Below, in pieces: positions 61,065 to 64,000 of a stretch of 64,000 nucleotides of DNA. A program made the position numbers and the translations under genes. The notes beneath the pieces are model-generated. The model ran no database searches and was not told where the DNA came from. It was given only the letters and a program-made list of their open reading frames with translations. Every line of letters starts with the position of its first letter. Within the stretch, counting starts at the first letter, position 1. The DNA lies in the NCBI RefSeq assembly GCF_006345805.1, contig NC_043001.1:38564001-38628000 (forward strand), given 5' to 3'. The stretch is from Octopus sinensis (lineage: Eukaryota).

Positions 61065-61086
61065 CTTTAATTTCTTCAGTAACTAC
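61065..61086 (-). CDS. Candidate 22-nt microexon (VVTEEIK)
   Basis: Acceptor TTTGTTTGTATTCATTGTGTTTAG, donor GTACAT, phase 0 to 1. Joins the 60127 exon in frame. Confidence 0.5.
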
Positions 61087-61196
61087 CTAAACACAATGAA
61101 TACAAACAAACATTGTAGGAATTAGCAATACTGCATTATTTTCCCCCTTTTATTTTAGGATCATACAAACTAATGGAGAGAAAGATTGAGAAGTAT

Positions 61197-61326
61197 GAAT
61201 TATTATTATTATTATTATTATTACTACTACTATTATTATTATTATTATAACTACTACTATTATTATTATTACTACTACTATTATTACTACTACAACTACT
61301 ACTATTATTATTATTATTATTATTAT
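61197..61326. repeat. (ATT)/(ACT)n microsatellite
   Basis: Direct trinucleotide repeats. The poly-Y and poly-I ORFs are artefacts. Confidence 0.95.
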
Positions 61327-61694
61327 TATGACCTCCACCTAAGCGAAGGCGGAGGTATTGTTTTCAGTCATGTTTGTTTGTTTGTCCGTGAACAAGACAT
61401 CTCAAGAACCGCTGGATGGATTTGGATGAAACTTTCAGGGATGTTTGGCCTCATGACTAGCATGAACTGATTTCACTTTTGGGATTGATCCAGTACTGGG
61501 CAAGGATTCTGGATTATTTTTTCCTGTCTTTTACTTAATTTTTGAGAGCGGTTGGGTTCATTTTTAGTATTCTCGTTTGTGAGAGCAGTTGAGTTTATTT
61601 CAGATATTCTCATTTTAAAAATCATCTCCGGCTAATCGTTTTGAGGACGTTGGTGTTGCCTTGGTGGAGGTTTGTGCTCTCTGGGTGCTCTTGT
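61327..61694 (+). mobile_element. Helentron-associated non-autonomous element (DINE/HINE-like)
   Basis: 5' ACCTCCACC...GGCGGAGGT hairpin, (GTTT)n then GTCC tract, 3' CCTTGGTGGAGGTTTGTGCTCTCT. Embedded in (ATT)n. Confidence 0.6.
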
Positions 61695-62399
61695 CATTAT
61701 TATTATTACTATTATTATTGTTATTTCAAATATGGTCAGTCTGAAAATGATAAACAGTTTCAGACACCAAAGGGCTGAAATTGAATGAAGCTAACTTCAC
61801 AAAGATTTGTTAGCTTACAGAAGGATGATACAAAAAAAATATTGGAGTAAACTTTTGAATCAACCAAAATTTGAAAAAATACTTGCAGAGCTTTTGACCA
61901 TACATCTTTCAAACAAGATAAAAAAAAAGAAAAAGAAAATTTTGATATAGCTTCCCCACCATTGGCTCAAATCAGCATCACTAGCACCACCACTATTACT
62001 ACCACAGTCAGTGACAATCAAAACAATAACAACCACAATACTAAAAATAGCAATAACTAAGCGAATGAGAAAGAACATGAAATCAACAAGAACCTTTACA
62101 GAAGCAAAAATGTGAAAATGATATGAGCATTTAATACTGTCTGACCAACATGCCAACATTTTCCACCTTTGCTGCCACCACAATTAGAAGACACAACAGA
62201 CAACTCACCCATCACTGCCTTTGCTAATATTGTCCACTGAATACAAGAGAAAAAAATCACTATCCTGGTAGATAAATTAAAACAAGCAAAATACATGTTA
62301 ATGAAACAAGAAAGACACAAAGTTAACAATCCTGCTCTGTGTCCAACAAAAGGCAAAACCAAATACTGTTACTTATAGAAAAATTACTATTAAAATAAA

Positions 62400-64000
62400 A
62401 GAATTAGAACAGATGACAGAAAAAGGCATAGAAAAATGTTCACAGAAAAAGACAAAGAAAAATGTCTAAGACCAGTCTGGATTATTAAAAGTTATGTCAC
62501 CAGGGGAAGAAAGTATGGTACAGTAAAGTTAAGATTCTGTATGGAAGAAAAGACAATAAAACACTCAATGACAATGCTGAAAGCTATTGTCAGTTACACA
62601 GACCAGAAACTTGCAATCTGCACAGTTGACCTAAATAGGCCTCATAGGAAGCTGAATGCATCACTTTTGGTGTGCCAAACCTACAGACTGGATCTGTGTA
62701 TTAGTTAAGCAGGCGTTGATGGAGTCAGTCCTCAACAACAATTGGTAGTTTGCTCTGAAAAGGGCAATTAGAGCAGAATCCATTAGGTTTAGTAAGGCAT
62801 AAGTAACAGAAAGAAATAAAATGGAGGATAACTTAGAAGTGCTTATGAAGGGCACTGAAACTGATGTGCTCATGGTGAGATTGTCCCTGGACCAGTTCTT
62901 CAACACTAAGCATGAAGGATGCCTTATCAAAGCTAAGATGCATGCTCTAAGAAATGAGGGAACAAAAACCACCTGATAGGCCTCAGTGGAAGAGGCACAA
63001 TGTGGCAACAAAGCCACAATTTGGTTTTTGGTGAACCAAAATGGATGCTTGGTACTTGAACATGAGCAGATGATTGCAGCATTTCAACAGCACTTTACTC
63101 AGCCGATTGGGATGAACAGCAGTCTGGAATGTAGGATGGATCTTCAGTGCCTACTTTGATGGTATACTACAACTCTTGCTAAGGTAGGTGGAGCATCACA
63201 TCACAAAAGGCTGATAACAGTCCCAGAAACACAAGATGCAATGATGGATGCTGCATGGGAGGGGGGGGGGGCAAATTGCCTGGTTTGGATGGCCTACTCT
63301 ATGAGATTTACTTTCATATGCCCGACTTGTTTGGTGGCCTCTTAGCATATATCTACCACAACTAGCAGCAGAATGGGAGAATTCCTAGTTCTGTAGGTCA
63401 AGGACTCAAACAAAGGGCATCAAATAGAACATTTTAGGTCTATTATGCTGCTGAATGCAGATTAAAAAATTTTGGCCAAAGTGTTAGCAAAATGTTGGTG
63501 CTTGTTGTCAAGGAGCTGATTGGAGATGTGCAAACATGTACCATCTTAAGCAGATCTGTCCATGACAACCTCCACTTATGTGATATATCATAGACATAGT
63601 AGATAAAGAAGCTGGCATGGGTGACAACTGATCAATTTGGATCTCTCAATAGCCTTCAATAATAGGATCGACCACCAATATTTGGTGGCTATTCTCATGG
63701 TGGCCAGTTTCAGTGCCATTTACCATGGTTGGATTGCTGCAATGTACAATGACATCTGCTCAATAGATTAGGTGAATGGTTACTTATTGGAACTATTCAG
63801 CACCATGTACTTGGCTTGCCAAGAGTGTCTCCTCTCATCTCTTCTGAATGTATTGACTCTAAGGCAACTACAGTGGAAACTGGAGGCATTGAGAAACATC
63901 CAATGTGAACTAGGATGTGGAAGAACTGAGTCAGCATATGCATATGATGTCACTGTCATAGTGTTGAACATGAACCTGATTGGCACTGTTCTAAAAGAAT
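62400..64000 (+). mobile_element. Decayed L1/Tx1 LINE ORF2 (APE end to RT), open at the window edge
   Basis: VSYTDQKLAICTVDLN; KLPGLDGLLYEIYFHMPDLFG; KILAKVLAK...QTCTILSRSVHDNLH. Many stops. Confidence 0.8.

Noticed and set aside
61860-62183. Transmembrane exon of the receptor-like gene
   Set aside because: The hydrophobic stretch comes from degenerate (TTG/TAG)n low-complexity DNA and has no fitting splice sites. Nearby mini-exon candidates (about 62207-62234, about 61885-61907) could not be phased convincingly.

Overview
AT-rich eukaryotic (metazoan) DNA made mostly of microsatellites and nested, largely decayed transposable elements. The SINE, Helitron and L1/Tx1 families look like those of coleoid cephalopods (Octopus); this is inferred from recognition, not from a search. 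Elements include: (TAA)n-embedded R4/Dong-type REL LINE fragments; L1/Tx1 and RTE LINEs; a Gypsy pol fragment; an LTR element inserted into a mariner; a full-length mariner; an internally deleted pogo-like element with a PHD finger; a Helitron nested in its own family; and a long foldback split by a HERO/NeSL-like LINE end. The only convincing host gene signal is a run of small minus-strand exons (58254-61086) encoding a C-terminal tail rich in tyrosine signalling motifs (FYANV, DYAEL, TIYADL). The most unusual observation is a tRNA-headed SINE-like element carrying a minimal type I hammerhead ribozyme. One insertion of it is a head-to-head doublet flanked by a 12-bp TSD, in the style of Penelope-like elements. 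Also unusual is a genomic copy of the 3' half of mature tRNA-Trp with CCA and an A58G change at the m1A58 site. Most ORFs in the supplied track are microsatellite artefacts or TE fragments.
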